Shown here: in pieces, positions 63,109 to 64,000 of the stretch
Numbering within the stretch: the first letter of the stretch is position 1
Layout: each line of letters begins with the position of its first letter
Program-made: the position numbers and the translations under genes
Source of the DNA: Basidiobolus meristosporus CBS 931.73
Lineage: Eukaryota > Fungi > Basidiobolomycota
Reading direction: 5' to 3'
Assembly: GCA_002104905.1 (NCBI GenBank)
Contig: MCFE01000468.1
Coordinates: 1-64,000, forward strand
Length of the DNA stretch: 64,000 nt
The notes under the pieces: generated by a model
The model's input: only the letters and a program-made list of their open reading frames with translations
What the model was told of the DNA's origin: nothing
Database searches by the model: none

Positions 63109-64000
63109 TGGTCCTGTGGGTGGATCCATTCTGGATTAGCCATCAAGATTCTGTCAGAAGACTACTATAATACCAGCAACTTGGAATTAATGACCATCTA
63201 TATGATCTTGTGACAGGATCACAACGCATTTTGCTAACTTTACAGCCAACAAAAAGTTGATAAAATATAACAGTGTTTGCACAGTGTTTTGCAAAGGGTG
63301 GCAAAGCATTGTTGCAGTCTTAGTGAGCTTTAAACCTATTTGAGCAGATCTAACCAGCCAGTATATCCAATTGTCTTACATGGCAAAGATATGAAGGTGT
63401 TTTGATGGCCTCCTTGCAGGCCTCTGAAGGCACTATCACAGTAGTATGGAAACCTACAGCTAATTCTGTATAATGCTACCATACCAATTAATCAAATGAA
63501 GTTTCTTTTCTACCTCCTCTTGCACATTTAGCATATTCCACTGAATAATCACTCCTCATTATTTGCTTACCAACTACTACCTTAGGTATTCCTCATATAG
63601 TTTGCATCAAAAAATACTATGGCCTCCTGCTTACTATCCACTTCAAGTGCATACACCTGTTGCATTTGACATACTTCTATCACCTCAACTTTACGCCTTT
63701 TTAGTGTGATACTTGCCAAGCTGCCATATACTGTCTATTGCTGGAAACATATACATCTTACAAACACATGCTTGGTTGCCACCACTTCTGCCATAAATGC
63801 CTCCTGAATATCCGCAAAGAACTTCTTGGTATTTAGCCAAAATATTCCTTCTCCCTGCTGGATTCTGATCCCCCTTATAGGTGTAATCTGGTTCTTGTTT
63901 GCATAAGTTTTGTATTGAACTGTGTAGAAACAGGCTTGTAGCCAAGAGAAATCCAGTGCACCTTGGTAGAGTTTTCCTTATAGAAATTAGTTACTTGTTG
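63109..64000 (-). mobile_element. Terminal region and transposase 3' end of another CACTA-type copy, running off the window
   Basis: att|TGGTCCTGTGGGTGGATCC terminus at 63109; 63485-64000 is similar to 41745-42260. Confidence 0.7.

Noticed and set aside
21130-64000. Neurospora-type CpA RIP as the cause of decay
   Set aside because: CpA/TpG are abundant while CpG is lost, pointing to CpG-context mutation; judged by eye, not computed.
1-64000. rRNA, tRNA, CRISPR or prokaryotic defence systems
   Set aside because: No such structures seen; the window is eukaryotic, and the many short ORFs after 21 kb are fragments of decayed TEs.

Overview
Eukaryotic, fungal-type DNA (50-100 nt GT-AG introns with CTAAC/CTGAC branch points); an early-diverging lineage is plausible but the taxon cannot be fixed from sequence alone. 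The window has two sharply different halves. (1) About 1-21.1 kb is gene-dense with normal CpG content: an SDR/3-hydroxybutyrate-dehydrogenase-like gene, a transmembrane RING-H2 E3 ligase, a TXNDC17-like thioredoxin, a PNPOx-like FMN-binding protein, a C2H2 transcription factor, a KCTD-type BTB protein, an intronless RutG-like nucleobase permease (HGT candidate), an HVA22/REEP protein, an Ecl1-like mini-protein, RNase T2 and an orphan 83-aa ORF. (2) About 21.1-64 kb is an almost CpG-free block of nested, decayed transposons with no host gene: a chromodomain Ty3/Gypsy element, two other Gypsy fragments, two same-family Ty1/Copia copies (one inserted inside the other's LTR), three solo LTRs, a CACTA-type transposase element, and several copies of a PIF/Harbinger-ISL2EU-Spy (PHIS) type DNA transposon. 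The PHIS family has AGAC...GTCT ends, 3-bp ANT target duplications and an uncharacterised divergent second ORF, and is accompanied by a ~733-bp near-perfect foldback MITE found as two loop-inverted isomers. No rRNA, tRNA or CRISPR was seen. All annotation is by eye; family assignments rest on remembered motifs and need database confirmation.
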